The notes under the pieces were generated by a model. That model was not told where the DNA came from. It saw only the letters and a program-made list of their open reading frames with translations, and did no database searches. Positions 16,477-32,921 of a DNA stretch of 64,000 bases are shown here, piece after piece (the first letter of the stretch is position 1; every line of letters starts with the position of its first letter). Both the position numbers and the translations under genes were made by a program. The stretch is from the human T2T-CHM13v2.0 reference genome, Homo sapiens: assembly GCF_009914755.1 (NCBI RefSeq), contig NC_060948.1; one strand, given 5' to 3'.

Positions 16477-18250
16477 CTGATATTTATAATGAGTCAATAT
16501 AAATTTCATAGTTATCTCTCCAGAAAGATGGTTATCAATGTGGGAGCTTATCTACGGTACAGGTGAACCTGAGGGCACTGAAGACGACATTACGTGAACT
16601 TCAATGTCCCTCAGTACTAAAGCCAGGGATAGGAATTTCAAACATAACATGTCCAGTAAAACCCTGCCTTGATGTTATAAAGCACCATCATACGAAATGG
16701 AGGGTTATGTTGTCATAAGGTTACTGAAAGCATCACTTTCCAGTTGGTCTCAGGTGACCCAAAGAGCAAGGAAGAAAAATAAATGTACACAGCACACGGC
16801 AGACTCAATCCCACATGATAATTAGACAATCACTTTCATCCCACCTGTACTATCTGCCTAGGCCAAACAAATGTAAGGACTTTTGTGCCTAGGGAACAAG
16901 CACAGTCTGGGGAACTAGGTGCTAAGAGCATTGTATCTGAATTAGCAGTACCTAAAGGCATATTTTCACAGTTTTACTTTTCTTTCCCAGCTTTTACAAG
17001 CTGTCTTTTGATTCCAAAAGGATAAAGAAACACTCCTGTGGTGAACAGTCCCCAAACTCCAACACTTGCCAAAGTCATACGAGAATTCCCAATGCCAGAA
17101 AGACACCATGCAGACCATGGAAGCTGTCAAAATGATACCAAATAGTTCAGTAGCTCCATAATGATATAAAATTAACAAACATACTTTAATACATGTATTC
17201 CTGAAAATTCAGTAACTACAGAAACTTCATGTTAGCTCTTTTAATGTAGAAACTGACAAAAAAATTGGATAAAATACATCATTTTATAAGTAAAAAATAA
17301 AGTTTCTCATGGTTAGGAGTAATATGTACCAGAAGCAGTAAGCTGCTGCCAACTTCTTGACAACTACGGAGTTATCAAAATATATAGAGAATATATTAGG
17401 AATTCAGAATCTATAAAAAAACTAGTCTTTTTTTGAAGATAGAATTTGTTTATAGAATAACCTCAAGAAAGCTTTGCAAGTTCTGTGTAATGGAATATTC
17501 ATGATAAATTATGAGGAAGGCAATAAAAGGAGACCAAATAAATGCCCAGGGCACCTGAGTTGCGTCATTTCCTCCTGATACGTAAACTACAAATATTAGC
17601 TAAGAATTTTTTATGTGTTTGATGCTTTCAAACCCACTGAAAAGTGACCACATGGGCATAAGGTCTTAGCACTGAGGTATTACTCACTGATATAAAAGAT
17701 CAGAGTAGAGAAAAGCCAAAGTAATCATAATTGTCCATATTTTCTTTCCCTCTATCAATTTTTGCCTCAAATAGTTAATTTTACCTCCTTTCTTTTGATT
17801 CTGGCTTTGCAGAATCATGAAGGAATACAAGGAACATGTTCACTGACAAACATTTGGACCACTAAGTGTAATTTATACATTGTTAGATATCCCCATCATT
17901 GTGGCACTATGAGTGGGGTAGAGGAAAATGTAACTGAAAGTGATTATAATTGAAACTTTACAGCTTATCAACTATGCAACCTGAGTAAATCACAATGTGC
18001 ACTGCCCTTGATAAGTATTTGAGAAGACACAAGGAAGAAGAACAGAGGACGTGCTTTTCTATACCTTGTCTTTTAAAAACTACTCTAACTCAAATGTGAG
18101 AAAGTATAGGCTATTGATAAACATATGTATTTTTTTGAACACTAAAGTTTGCATAAGATGGAAACCTTAGAATACTTCCTTAGTTTTTGTTTTATGTTTC
18201 TGCCAATGTAATTTAAACAAATTACTTCTTCAAACGTGCCAAAGCATTAT

Positions 18251-18369
18251 GCTAGAAGTTTGTATTTTAGGTTTCTGTGATAGGTCTCCTCAAGACACTT
18301 TGTATTCTGCTCCCATCTACTAAGTCCTCAGTCATGCTTTTATATTTTTCTTCCTGGAGTTTATGGGTT
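18251..18369 (-). pseudogene. OFD1P: OFD1P exon 10 homologue
   Basis: tttcag|AACCCATAAACTCCAGGAAGAAAAATATAAAAGCATGACTGAGG..GAGGAGACCTAT (KLQEEKYKSMTE); donor lost. Confidence 0.85.
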
Positions 18370-18768
18370 CTGAAATTAGCAGAAACATAAAGTAAATAAA
18401 CTATAATAGCTGAGTTAACACATTTAGGAAAAGCATCATGTGGCATGTTTTTAGTTCAACAGACTAAAACTAGTACATGACAGTTACTACTGGGACGTAA
18501 AACAAAAGAACCAGAAGTCCTCAGTGTATTTTATGAACCGACCTAGTTACAATGTGTTGAAACTAGCAGAAGCAGGGGGCTGTGGCATATGACTGAGAAG
18601 AGTGGGAGGGTCTCTTACTGAGGGGAGTGAGAGAGTCTCAATGAAGAAGTGATTTCTCATAGAAGATAATTAACACTTAAACAATAGCTAAAGGTGATAA
18701 ACGGTCCAAATCAATTCTGGGATGAAAGAATAATACTGTTAGTTACAAAGTCATAAAAGTGCACTTAT

Positions 18769-19067
<299 letters not shown>

Positions 19068-19187
19068 TGTACTTATGTATTTGAATCTTCTATAATGCTC
19101 TTTGTAACTCTGGAATTTAATTAATTATCTCATAGATATGTAAGGTACAATATTTGTTTTTCTCACTTAATAATCTATCAGCTTTAG

Positions 19188-19350
19188 TCAAGTATGGTAG
19201 CCTTCAGCTATAATCCCAGCTTTGCAGAATGCTGAGGCAGGAGAATCACTTGAGCCCAAGAGTTTCAGACCAGCCTGGACAACATAGCATGACCCTGTCT
19301 CTTAAAATCAAAACAACACCACCAAATAACCCTACAAAACAAACAAAAAA
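19188..19350 (+). mobile_element. Alu monomer (FLAM-like)
   Basis: ataatcccagc..gaggcaggagaatcacttgagcccaagagtttcagaccagcctgg. Confidence 0.7.
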
Positions 19351-20475
19351 ACCCTATGGATTGAATACTGATCAAGTACCAAAAGAGAGGGCAACAGATA
19401 GATGGGTCGTTCCAGGCTTCCAAATACTTAAGAATAAAATAATTTTCATAGTGAGACTTCAAGTCACCCATTGCACTGATTCCTAAGCCAGGGAGGTGGA
19501 TTTACAGGTGATGAGATTCAGCCATCCTGAGAAGTTCTATAAAACACTGACTAGTCTAAGAACAGTTAAAGGCTCCAGGTATTAGCTCCCTCTGCTGGTA
19601 ATCTGGAAAGCCATGGAGAGATAAACTACATTGATTTAGTATATATGCTGAGAGAAGGGAAAAGGAGTAGAGAAAATGGAGGTTAAAAAAAGTGGCACAC
19701 TCTCTCTGCCCAAAAGTTGTTTCTCTTTTTTTTCTCTATCTCGATTAATTTACCTTTTCATTGTTCCCAAAAAGAGAGTAAGGTACACAGCGAGCTGAAA
19801 TAAAAAAAAAATCAAACCTAGAGAAGTGAGAAAACAACATTAAATAAGATGGAGACAAATTCTTTAATGAGCTAAAATCCCTAAATTATCTTTGGGTGTC
19901 AATTAACAGCACATTCCCAATAGAAAAGAAGGCTTCTTGTGCAAACCACAGACAGGTGAGATTGCTGTCAATCCCAGATAATATATGAATGATAAAACAT
20001 TTCTGAGCACTTGGACAATGCGAATAGCATTGAGAAATAGTTTCATCCAGTACAAGTCAAGTCAAACCACAATACTTCCTTTTTTTGAGCACAGAGCTGG
20101 TAAAAGACGCAGGCCTGGATATTTGGAATTCAGTCACAATACATAAACACACAAAACTATCAGACCTGAAGGACTGAAGTTAACTTTAAAACATATGATC
20201 TGTTCAAGTATTAACAGTGTCTCCAAATTTTCTGTTTGATGTTACTGTAGCCTGGTGATAACACCTCATTCTGCCTTTCATCTTAACAGTTAACATTTCA
20301 AAAGCACAGCCTTCGCGTTTGTTTCTCTTAAAGTGTAAATTCTAATGCTGCGTGATACCACCTTTACAAAAAAAGAATTCTACTTGGTAATAAACATGAG
20401 AATATTTAGACATATATTTAGTAATTCTTTTTAATCTCATCATTCTGAATATCCAAAATAAACATACATACCTGC

Positions 20476-20580
20476 AATTCAAAAGCTTCAACTCTCTGCT
20501 TCAGCTCTGCTTTTCTTTCTCTTAACAGATACATATCTTTAAGTAAAAGAAGACTTTGAGCATAAAGTTTCTCATTTCAA
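20476..20580 (-). pseudogene. OFD1P: OFD1P exon 9 homologue
   Basis: accag|TTGAAATGAGAAACTTTATGCTCAAAG..GCAGAGCTGAAGCAGAGAGTTGAAGCTTTTGAATT (AELKQRVEAFE). Confidence 0.9.
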
Positions 20581-20601
20581 CTGGTAAAAAAGCATTAATT
20601 T

Positions 20602-20872
20602 TGGCCACTTACAGTGGCTCAACACTTTGGGAGGCTGAGGCAGGAAGGTCATGAGGTCAGGAGTTCAAGATCAGCCCAGCCAAGATGGTAAAAACTCCAT
20701 CTCTACTAAAAATGCAAAAGTTAGATGGGCATGATGGCAGGCTACTCAGGAGGTTGAGGCAGGGAATTGCTTGAACTTGGTAGGCCAAACAGCAATGAGC
20801 TGAGATCACGCCAATGCACTCCAGCCTTGGTGACAGAGCAAGACTGTCTCAAAATAAACAACAACAAAAAAA
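20602..20872 (+). mobile_element. Alu with internal deletions
   Basis: gggaggctgaggcagg..gaggtcaggagttcaag..gacagagcaagactgtctc. Confidence 0.85.
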
Positions 20873-21001
20873 GGCATTACGTTTTAGCAAGCAAGTTAAT
20901 GAAAGCATAACAAATTTGAGTAAATACTCTCCTTCCTGAATTCCAAAAAACAAAGTACAGAAATAGAGAATAACAATTTCACCTTCAAATGATTGCAACT
21001 C

Positions 21002-21290
21002 AGCTGGGCATGCTGATTCACTCTTATAATCCTAGCCATTTGTGAGACCAAAACAGGCCGATCACCTGAGGTCAAATTTTGAGGCCAGCCTCGCCAATAT
21101 GGTGAAACCACATCTCAACAAAAATTACAAAAATTAACTTGGTATGGTGGTGGGCACTTCTAATCTCAGCTAATTGGGAGGCTGAGGCAGAAGAATCTCT
21201 TGAACCTGGGAGACAGAGGTTGCAATGATCCAAGGTAGTGCCATTGCACTCCAGCCTGGGCAAAAGATTAAAACTTCGTCTCAAAAAAAG
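21002..21290 (+). mobile_element. Alu
   Basis: gatcacctgaggtc..gaggctgaggcagaagaatc..ccattgcactccagcctggg. Confidence 0.85.
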
Positions 21291-21437
21291 AATCCACTTC
21301 AATGTATTCCACAACTAGCTATTCCAGCTGCATAAATATTTACTTTTCAATTTCTGTTAAACTACCTTCCCATATATTTTTAACATCCCTTGTGTAATTC
21401 ATGCTACTTAGTTAACTTCTCTCAGTCCCTTATGTAA

Positions 21438-21726
21438 CTTTTTTTTTTTTTTTTGAGACTGGGTTCTCCTCTGTTGCCCAGGCTTGAATGAAGCATTGTG
21501 GTTTTGGATAACTGCAACCTCTGCATCCCAGAATCAAAGGATCCTCCTACCTCAGCCTTCTGAGTAGCCAAGACTACAAACACTGACCACCAAGTTCAGC
21601 TACATTTTGTGTAGAGTCGGGGTTGTGCCATGCTTCCCAGGCTGGTGTTGAAGCTGTGATTCAAATGAATCACCATCTCAGCCTCTCAAAGTGCTAAATC
21701 TATAGACATGAGCCACACACCTGGCC
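21438..21726 (-). mobile_element. AluJ-like
   Basis: Poly-T, gagactgggttctcctctgttgcccaggc ... catgagccacacacctggcc. Confidence 0.85.
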
Positions 21727-23625
21727 TCCTTAACTAAAATTTTGTAAGTTCTTCAGGAAAAAATAATTAAAATATACATTCAGAAATAAAGCCCAAAGGA
21801 ATAAAATCCCCATGGTTTTTAGTGGTGCTGCTGTCTGAATGTTTCAGTTTATGAGTCATCATGACTGAGAGTTAGCAAGCTCATATGAACTTGTAAAAGA
21901 ATGAGACAACCTTCCACTTATGTCTTCACAGAGTAAGAATTTACTAACTACCTGTCATATATCAAGAAGCATACTGGGAACTAGATATAAAATTTAGACA
22001 GATACAGTCCTCATCTCTGAAGACCTCACAGTATAGTCAGGGAGAAACAATCACACTATGATAGGATAAATTTATAACTGAACTTAATAAAGACCGCATG
22101 CAGGAATGAGACCTAAATGAGTTGCTCAGTGGCAGTCAGGGAAGGCATCTCAGGGGTGACACCAAAGCTGGGCCTTGAATGACACTATGGTTTTATCAGG
22201 GAGAGAAGGAGATTGATATTCCAGGTGAGGAAATACAGGCATGGTGGTTTTTATGAGAAGGACAGTCTTCCTCAAAGACTCAGATCCTCGCAGTTGAATA
22301 AACAGAATTCTAGTCGGTCAACTATCTTGAAGCTGAAGTTACTAGTCTAAACACAATCTAATCATCTCTAAGATCTGTGCATCCAAAATTCAACTTTATA
22401 GCTGAAGCAAGCCCTAAATTTCCAGAAATTCTATAGAAAATTTTAGAGCCGGTGCCCTTAGTATTAAAGAGCTATGTCTCATTGAGAATTTCCAAGCAAG
22501 AGTGGGCACTAGGGGGAAGCCTTCCTACTTTTAACATCTGTCAGTAGCTGTTGTAGATGTATGTTTGAAATACTGCTGTAAATCCTGTCTCTTCTAAAAC
22601 ACACACTTGGAAAAGGAATAAGATTACCTAAAGGAGTATATCCAATCCCACTTGCCAACTAAAACTCCTTGTCATTCCTCATCGTCTTAATCTCCTTTCC
22701 AGTTACTTTCCTGGTGATGAGATCAAATGGCCACATTGATGACCCTGGGGACTCTGGTGAATCCTTCACCCCAGGAATATTTACTCTTGCTCATTTCCAT
22801 GGCTCCATCCAATGACAGCGTACTGCTTTTGATTTCCAGTCTCCACCTGAAACCTCATTCTGCAATTCCGCACTCCTGGACCATCGTTATTCTTGCACCT
22901 GTCAGTCTCTTCAGATCTAGTTCCTGATCACTGAGACTACCACTTAACCCTCCCTTTCCCCAAAGGTTACCAGCCACCTGCCCTCTCCTCTGCTTACCCT
23001 TGCTACACAGGAGAATGATATAATCTTCAATTAAATTCTCTGACTTTCTCAAGGAAAATGAATTATGTTCTGCAAAGCTCCACTTCCCAAGTATCTCCAT
23101 CTCTCCACCCTCACTGAAAGGGGCAGCAGAGAGAGACCCTTAAAATTTCTCCCTAGATCTAGAACAGAAAACTCAACTATAAACATGTGGTTTTATCTCT
23201 CTCAATCCCAGGTTACTGTAACCAAAGCTGGGCCATCAGTACAGGTAACCACTCTGCTCTGCTTTAAAGAGCTGTTCTTACCTTACCCACATGAGCTACT
23301 CTGCACCTCCGAGCTGCTCCTAAAACTCATGACCTATCTTCTTAATTGGCCTGAGACGATGAAGCATTTTTATGGTGTGTTTCTCATAATTACAAGTTGA
23401 CTGGTCAACTCTGCAATGCTTTCCTTTCCACTAGTCTCGAAGGACACAAATCTATGTATCCTTTTCAAGGTCCATTGTCCTTGTGTTTTTGCACTCTTAG
23501 CCACAGTCCGTACCGCTCCTCTGGGGCCTTGTTCCATCAGTTGCAACATCTCATTCCTGGATCTTGAGTCAACCCAGTAATAACTGTAGGAAATAGCCAC
23601 CCAGTAAAATATTCATAAATACCAC

Positions 23626-23770
23626 CTCTTGGTTCTTTTGATTTCTCTCAAGGATACACTTTTCCTGAAGACTGAGGGCTTCAGATTCTGCTTGACAAGC
23701 TCTCTCAGAATCACTTCAGAACATAGCTAATTCCTTCTCATACTCTCTTATCACTTCCATAAAACTTCAA
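23626..23770 (-). pseudogene. OFD1P: OFD1P exon 8 homologue
   Basis: ttgcag|TTGAAGTTTT..GCTTGTCAAGCAGAATCTGAAGCC..AACCAAGAG|gtgg; 145 nt versus 174 nt (29-nt frameshifting deletion). Confidence 0.9.
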
Positions 23771-24098
23771 CTGCAAATTGATTACAAAAATATAAAAGTC
23801 CCAATCATTATACTATTAGAAAAGCAACAGTTCCTCTCTCCACCGCTAGGCTCCATATCAATGCTCTGTCCAAATATGTTATATTTATTTAATCTACAGT
23901 TTTATATCATTTACTGTATTTGTAGGACTCAATCAAAAGGGATAAACAAATCTCATAAGAAAAAATTGATATGCGCAACAGTGAAGTACCCTATTTTTTA
24001 TTAAAAATTCCAGGTATTTTTTTAACATACCTAAGAGTAAATCTTTAGATGATAAACAAAAATATGACTCTTGTTAACTGTAACAAGATACAGATTAC

Positions 24099-24232
24099 GT
24101 TTTGACACATTTCTGCCAGAAGTTGTTTTTCTATTTCTCTCTTATATTCATTTAGCTTTACTTCTAAAGACTCAAGCTTTATATGCTGAGGATAAGCATC
24201 TGCCAATTGATCAAGAAGCTGAAGGTTCTCAA
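24099..24232 (-). pseudogene. OFD1P: OFD1P exon 7 homologue
   Basis: [43 protein letters not shown] versus OFD1 [44 protein letters not shown]; AG and GT intact; 134 nt (3-nt deletion). Confidence 0.95.
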
Positions 24233-24507
24233 CTATTAAAAAGTAGCAGGCCAAATTAGGACACAGAAGCATGGTCAGGTGTGTAAGAGGCCAGATTTCT
24301 GGTTCGAAAGTAAAAAGTATACTTAGGGGAACCTATCGCTGCCTGCAATGTACTTTGAAATACAAAAAAATGTAAGATGAATAGATGCACAGATTAAAAT
24401 GATAAAGCCTATATAACACAAATGTATTAGTAGAATCTAGGTGGTAGGTGTGTAAGTGTTGACCAGAATTGTTTCAACTTTTCTGTATGTTGAAAATGCC
24501 CAGGAAT

Positions 24508-24675
24508 TTACCACCATGCACCAGGCCCAGCTAATTTAATTTTTTTTTTTTTTTTTGGAGACAGAGTCTCGCTATGTTGCCTTCCCAGCTGATTTCAAAC
24601 TCATGGCCTCAAGTGATCCTCCTTCCTGGGCATCACAGTGTGCTGGGATCACAAGAATGAGCCACTTTGTCTGGT
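24508..24675 (-). mobile_element. Partial Alu
   Basis: gagacagagtctcgctatgttgcc..caagtgatcctcc..gtgctgggatcacaagaatgagccac. Confidence 0.75.
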
Positions 24676-25517
24676 TATAGCTTTTAAGAATAAATCTTTA
24701 AAAAGTCTTTCCCAAGCATGATACAAAACCTGAAAGGAATAAGGAGTAATATTTATCAATCTCACTACATGTAAATAAAAAATTTACATATGGCATAAGA
24801 TAAATATAAATAATACACTGGAAAAGTAGTTGCAATAATATGGAGGCATAACCAGGACTAAAGTGATGACATTTTAATATTGTTAAACAGCTCTTACAAA
24901 TCAGTTAAAATAAAAAAAGCAAAACTGAAAAATGGGGGAAAACATGGCCAGATTGTAGGAAAAATAAAAAGTAAAATGGCTCGAAGATGAGCAAGATTAT
25001 CAGATGTTGAATAAACATGAAGAAAATCATAAATGCAAATTAGTAAAAAAGAAACCATTATTTTCCCTGTAACACCACTAAGATTAAAACTTTGTTAACG
25101 CTAATGTTGGCAATGGAGTGGAAGTATAACTGTGCTGATACACTTGGAAGAGAAATGTGTCAGTGCTTATATATATTCAAAATGCAGGTGCCTTTTTATC
25201 TACTCATTCCAATTCTATGAATTCACACAGCTATATTTGTACAAGCACATAAAGGGTGCACACTGTATATTGGTTACCTCTATTGGGAAAAGGCAAACAA
25301 GAAGACAGCTAAATTTCCATCAGTAGGGGGTTAAATATTTACTTTAAAAATAATTAGTCTCAATATACTGCTACAAGTAGATATATTGGTGGATAGAAAA
25401 AGCAATCTGCCTACAGAATCTATAATATAATTTTATTCAATGTGTGTTTTAATTAGAAATACATAGAGTTTTAAACACAAACAATTCTACAAAAATAACC
25501 AAGAAACAAAATTATTG

Positions 25518-28230
<2,713 letters not shown>

Positions 28231-29459
28231 AGTGGTGAGTGAGATTAGACAAAATGAGCAGAAATTGCTAGTTTCTTTTCACTTTATATCCTTCTGAATA
28301 GCCTGAAACTTTGTTTTAAACCGGAAGCATAAATTCTTTAGAAATCTTTAGTTTCTTGAAACTAAAATCATTAGTCAGCTCAACACCTTATCCCCATCCC
28401 CATCCTCTAAGTGAGGGGATTACAGTTAGATTGTTTTGTCACAGTCTGCATTCCATGCAGAAATCATCAGACCAAAATTTGTGAACATTAATGTTTACTC
28501 TTGGTGATGTAAACTTTATGGGTTTTGACAGTGGGTCACTTTCATTCTCTTAACAGTGTCTTCCAGAGTGATGCTTTTAATTTCAATTAAGCATCTATTT
28601 GTTTTTTCATTTATCTTTTATATGTCATATATCACAAAACTCAGGACCACATAGACTTTCTCTTGCTTTTACCTGGAAATTTTATAGTTTTGCAATTTGC
28701 ATTTAGGCTTATGGTTCATTTCCCTGCGTATGAATATTCAATGGTTCCAGAACCACACTTTGAAAAGACTATCTTTCCTCTATTGAATTGCATTGCTCCA
28801 TTGTTTGAAAAATCAATTGACAATATTTGTGTGAATCTATTTCTTGATTCTCTATTTCTGTTCCCATTGATGTATGTGTCTATTCTTTGCCAATTATAGA
28901 TAGAATTTTAAGTTTCTAAAAGCAAAGGGCCAATGTCCAAATTTTCTTTCCTCATCCAAATTTTGTGCATATCACTATCTGTGTATCTTTATCTCTCAAA
29001 GGAAATATTAAGAGTGGGAAGAATGGGTGACTAGAATCTAGGAGGTGAGTATTGTGACTATTCAACAGCTTAACATCCCCTGAGTGTGGGTATAGTAGGA
29101 TAAGATAAGATCACAGGTGTCTGAGTCAGGGCACAGAACAGAGTTCTGTACAATATATCTTCCTATAAGTTTTCTGTTGTTTAATTGGAAGCCACCACTT
29201 TTTAAAACAATTTTGTTTTACCGGAAACTATTTTATTGTTAGCTAAGTGTTCTATCCAGATTTTGGTACGAGGATGACTCATATGTTTCCTACTCATCAT
29301 TTTTCTGACTTTCGGAAATTTTACCAGGATGCTAGGTAAAGCCGGTAAGGTTTGACAGTCAGACGTTTTTGTAAACCAGATATAGTCAGAGAGACTGTGT
29401 AAAGATGGAAAAACTATTTTTAAGGATAATGTAATATAGTAAGTATATAGATTCTTTCA

Positions 29460-29992
29460 TGTTGGGGGCTCAGTCAGGCTGGTGGGAAAAATATTAGATA
29501 GTTATAGTAATAGCCACAAACCATCTTGGAAGGTCAGAGAGTTAGCATAACTTCAGTTATAGATATGGTTGAAGGTGACCTGCTTTACCTTTAGTTAAAT
29601 AAATTAAAGTAATAACAAATGAATGTGGCGAAGTTATCTAGCTAGCTTGTTTACTCACGTGGTCTTAAGACTAACCTTTGATATACCATGTGTGCTTAAG
29701 TGCTTTCCACTCGCGAAGTCCACAATGTCAATTACCCCCTAGTTTCACTGACTCAAGTCTTTGTCAATTAAACTTTACCGATAAATGCGAGTCTCAATAG
29801 CTGGTCAGGGCCACAGTTGCAACTGTTCACAAAGCTCTACTGGAGTCTGTAAGTGGCTCAGAAACCCAGCTTCGGCTGGACTGGCAATGCAGAATATCTG
29901 TGTGTCAGTGTACTTCATGCATCCATTGTGGGGTCAAATGTCTGCAAAAGACAGATCCTCGAAGCTGGTGTCACCATGTAAAAAGTGCTACA
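29460..29992 (+). mobile_element. LTR22 (HERV-K22/HML-5) solo LTR
   Basis: Starts tgttgggggctcagtcaggctggtgggaaaaatatt; contains gcagaatatctgtgtgtcagtgtac; TG...CA ends. No clear TSD. Confidence 0.75.
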
Positions 29993-29999
29993 AGAGCTT

Positions 30000-30211
30000 C
30001 CTTTATTTTCTTTCTTTATTTTTTCCTTCCTTCCTTCCTTCCTTCCCTCCTTCCTTCCTTCCTTCCTCCCTCCTTCCCTTGCTGCCTTCCTTGCTTCTTC
30101 CCCTCTTCTTTCTTTCTTTTCTTTTCTTTCTTTCTTTCTTGTCTTTCTTTCTTGTCTTTCTGTCTTTTTTATTTCTTCTTTCTTTTTCTTTTTTTTCTTT
30201 TCTTTTCTTTC

Positions 30212-30243
<32 letters not shown>

Positions 30244-30535
30244 GTGGGGAGTAAAATGGCATCTAGTTGTGTCACCCAGGCTGGAGTGTAGTCATGTCAT
30301 CTCAGCACACTACAAACTTCACTTCCCAAGTTCAAGTGGTTATCATGCCTCAGCCTCAAGAGTAGCAGGGATAAAAGGCACTTGCCACCACACCTCACAA
30401 ATTTTTGAATTTTTGGTAGAGATGGGGTTTCACTGTTCTGCCCAGGCTGATTTAAAACGTTAGACCTTCAGTGGTCCTCCTCCTTCAGCCTCCCAAACTC
30501 CTGGGATTGCAAGCATGAGGCATTGTTCCTGGCCC
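30000..30535 (-). mobile_element. Alu with ~240-bp CT/T-rich expanded tail
   Basis: (CCTT)n/(CTTT)n/T30 at 30000-30242, then gtcacccaggctggagtg ... cctggcc. Confidence 0.85.
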
Positions 30536-30625
30536 ATACATTATTCCTTAATATCACTTGAAGCCATACATTTTCTTTTGAAGTAACAATTAAGTAATAG
30601 ATACCTGCTATATACTTTAGAATTA

Positions 30626-30806
30626 TGCTGTTCATTATGGTAGTCACTGTGCATATGTAGCTAATTAAATGTAAGTTAAAAATTTATTCAGTTATATTAG
30701 CTACATTTCAGTTGCTCAATAGCCACATGAGACCAACAGTTACCACATTAAACAGTATAGATAAAGACATCTCCACCATCACAAAGAGTTACTCTGGATC
30801 ATGCTT
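30626..30806. mobile_element. MER3/MER33-like hAT-Charlie DNA transposon remnant
   Basis: gctacatttcagttgctcaatagccacatg..catctccaccatcacaaagagttactctgga. Confidence 0.6.
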
Positions 30807-31738
30807 AGAGCACAGAATATAGAATCACTTACCATACTGAATTTCAGTAGGGATGGTCTAGTGTGCAGGCAGCCTAGAAAGTCTTGTTGTTCAATTTGTG
30901 TATCTTCTGCTAACATTATTACAATGAAACTTGGCAATTAAGTCACGGAGTCAATGGCTGGCAGAAAGTATGTACTCAAATGATTAAGTTCTGAATCAAT
31001 GGATGAATGAATAAATGTCTCTGTCAGGATGATAGAAATGCATGCAACAGACAAAATCCCAAGGGGGTAGCAACACAAAAAGAATATTACTAATTCACAG
31101 ATTATTTTAAAAGACCTAAGGGATAACTTAGAATAAAGTGCAAGTTGCCAGCTTATGTTTATGCTACAAAGCCCATTATCAAGTCTAACCAATGATCTGG
31201 AACCCACAGTAGTTACAAACTTCATAAAAGTTTTATATAAAGGCCAAAATTTAGTCAACTAATCAGATCTGTGCAAACATCTAAGAATAAAAGTAATATT
31301 ACATATTACTAAACATGTATTTTCTTCTTTAATGACATATTAATACATTTAATACTCTATCAGTTGTACATGAGAGGCATACTTAGTATACAAGACAATT
31401 GGCTTAAAAGTCAGTTTTTTGAGGGTTTTTTTTTTTTTTAGAAATGTTCCCAACAGTGGATATTTTTACAAACAGTATCTTTCAGTGTCTGTAGGACCCT
31501 TGGTACTGTCTGAAGTTTTCTTATTTGACTATATAAAAGTTATTACAAAAATGAAAATATGGGAACTGCAGAACATGTGAACTATTGTTTAAAAAGTAAG
31601 ATATGGTCAGCAGGAAAAACATGTAATTTAAATGAACTTAAATTCCTTACTCTTCTTCCTCAAAATTAGCTTAATTCTTTTATAAGAAAAAAGTACTAGA
31701 AAAATTTTGCAATAGTTTACAAAGTTGCATGCTTCTAC

Positions 31739-31769
31739 CTTTTTGATTTTCTTTATGAAATCCTGAGAC
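31739..31769 (-). pseudogene. OFD1P: OFD1P exon 5 homologue
   Basis: taacag|GTCTCAGGATTTCATAAAGAAAATCAAAAAG|gtagaa; 31 nt as in OFD1 (VSGFHKENQK versus VSGSDKENQK). Confidence 0.9.
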
Positions 31770-31854
31770 CTGTTAAAAAAACCATTTTACCTTTATAAAG
31801 CTATTCACTTATCATTAACAAACCAAAGTAGATTATAGAAACTAAGTAATCTAA

Positions 31855-31923
31855 CAATGATTTGTAGAAACTGGAAGTAGGGTGATTTTTTATTGAGTGT
31901 AATCAATACTGCAAAGTAAATAC
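31855..31923 (-). pseudogene. OFD1P: OFD1P exon 4 homologue
   Basis: tttaag|GTATTTACTTTGCAG..CCTACTTCCAGTTTCTACAAATCATTG; 69 nt; donor GT>TT. Confidence 0.9.
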
Positions 31924-32536
31924 CTTAAAAAAATAAAAGGTTACTAATCAGACATAGTTTTATAGCAGTGTTTAAATGAAACAATATAATATGTTTATGA
32001 ATATGAGATTAAGAGACAACTTTCAGAAAAAATAAGATTATGACCATGCTAACAAAGCAAAATTAAAGCTCTTTCTTACACTGTTAAATTACAAATCATA
32101 TTGAGGTCAAAATAATAAAAAATTTTTCTTGATCATGTACTTAACCTCTAAGTATTTCACATCAAAGGTCATTCAGTTACAATTTTTTAAAAGTAGTGTT
32201 TAAAAATGTAAACAAACTAAATTTTCACTGTCCTTAAAATCATAATTAAACTGCACTTACAATACTGTTAAACAGACATTTTGGACAGCTGTTTATATAT
32301 ATTCCTACTGCAGTATGTATCAGTAATTATGTCAACTCTGAGAACACTGACGTGTTTTCAGCTGGATTTCCTTTAAAGAAAATATTTGAGTGGGTAATTT
32401 ATATTAGCAGAAGCCATTAAGTTGTTTGAGTGGGATTAATTCCTGTTATAACCATTATACAATTGGTAAATACACAATAAGTAGAAGTATAGAGTGATTA
32501 GAAAGTTAGAGAAAGATGTATCAAAAATGAATTTCA

Positions 32537-32820
32537 GGCAAGGCACAGTGCCCCACAGTTATAATTACAGCACTTGGGCAGGCTAAACGGGCAGAATACA
32601 TGAGCTCATGATTTGAAACAACACTCACCACCATACAAAACCCAGTCTACCAAAAAAAAAAAAAAAAAATAGCAGAAAGTGGTGTGCACCTGTAATCCCA
32701 GCTGCTTGAAAGTGTGTAGTAGTATAATTGCTTGAATCTGGGAGCAGATGTTGCAGTCACCTGAGAATATGCCATTGCACTTCAGTCTTGATGACAGAGC
32801 GAGACCCTGCTTCTAAAAAT
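32537..32820 (+). mobile_element. AluJ-like
   Basis: Dimeric Alu with long central A-run; gacagagcgagaccctgc. Confidence 0.8.
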
Positions 32821-32921
32821 TAAATATGTATACAAATACATTCATATTGCCGGTAAGTAAAATTTGGTTGCTCATGAAGAAACTCAGCATACTTAAAGTT
32901 TTCATTCAAATACTGTACTAA

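Noticed and set aside
23370-23600. 76-aa minus-strand ORF with an acceptor-like cctacag
   Set aside because: No recognisable homology and no clear donor; lies within an OFD1P intron.
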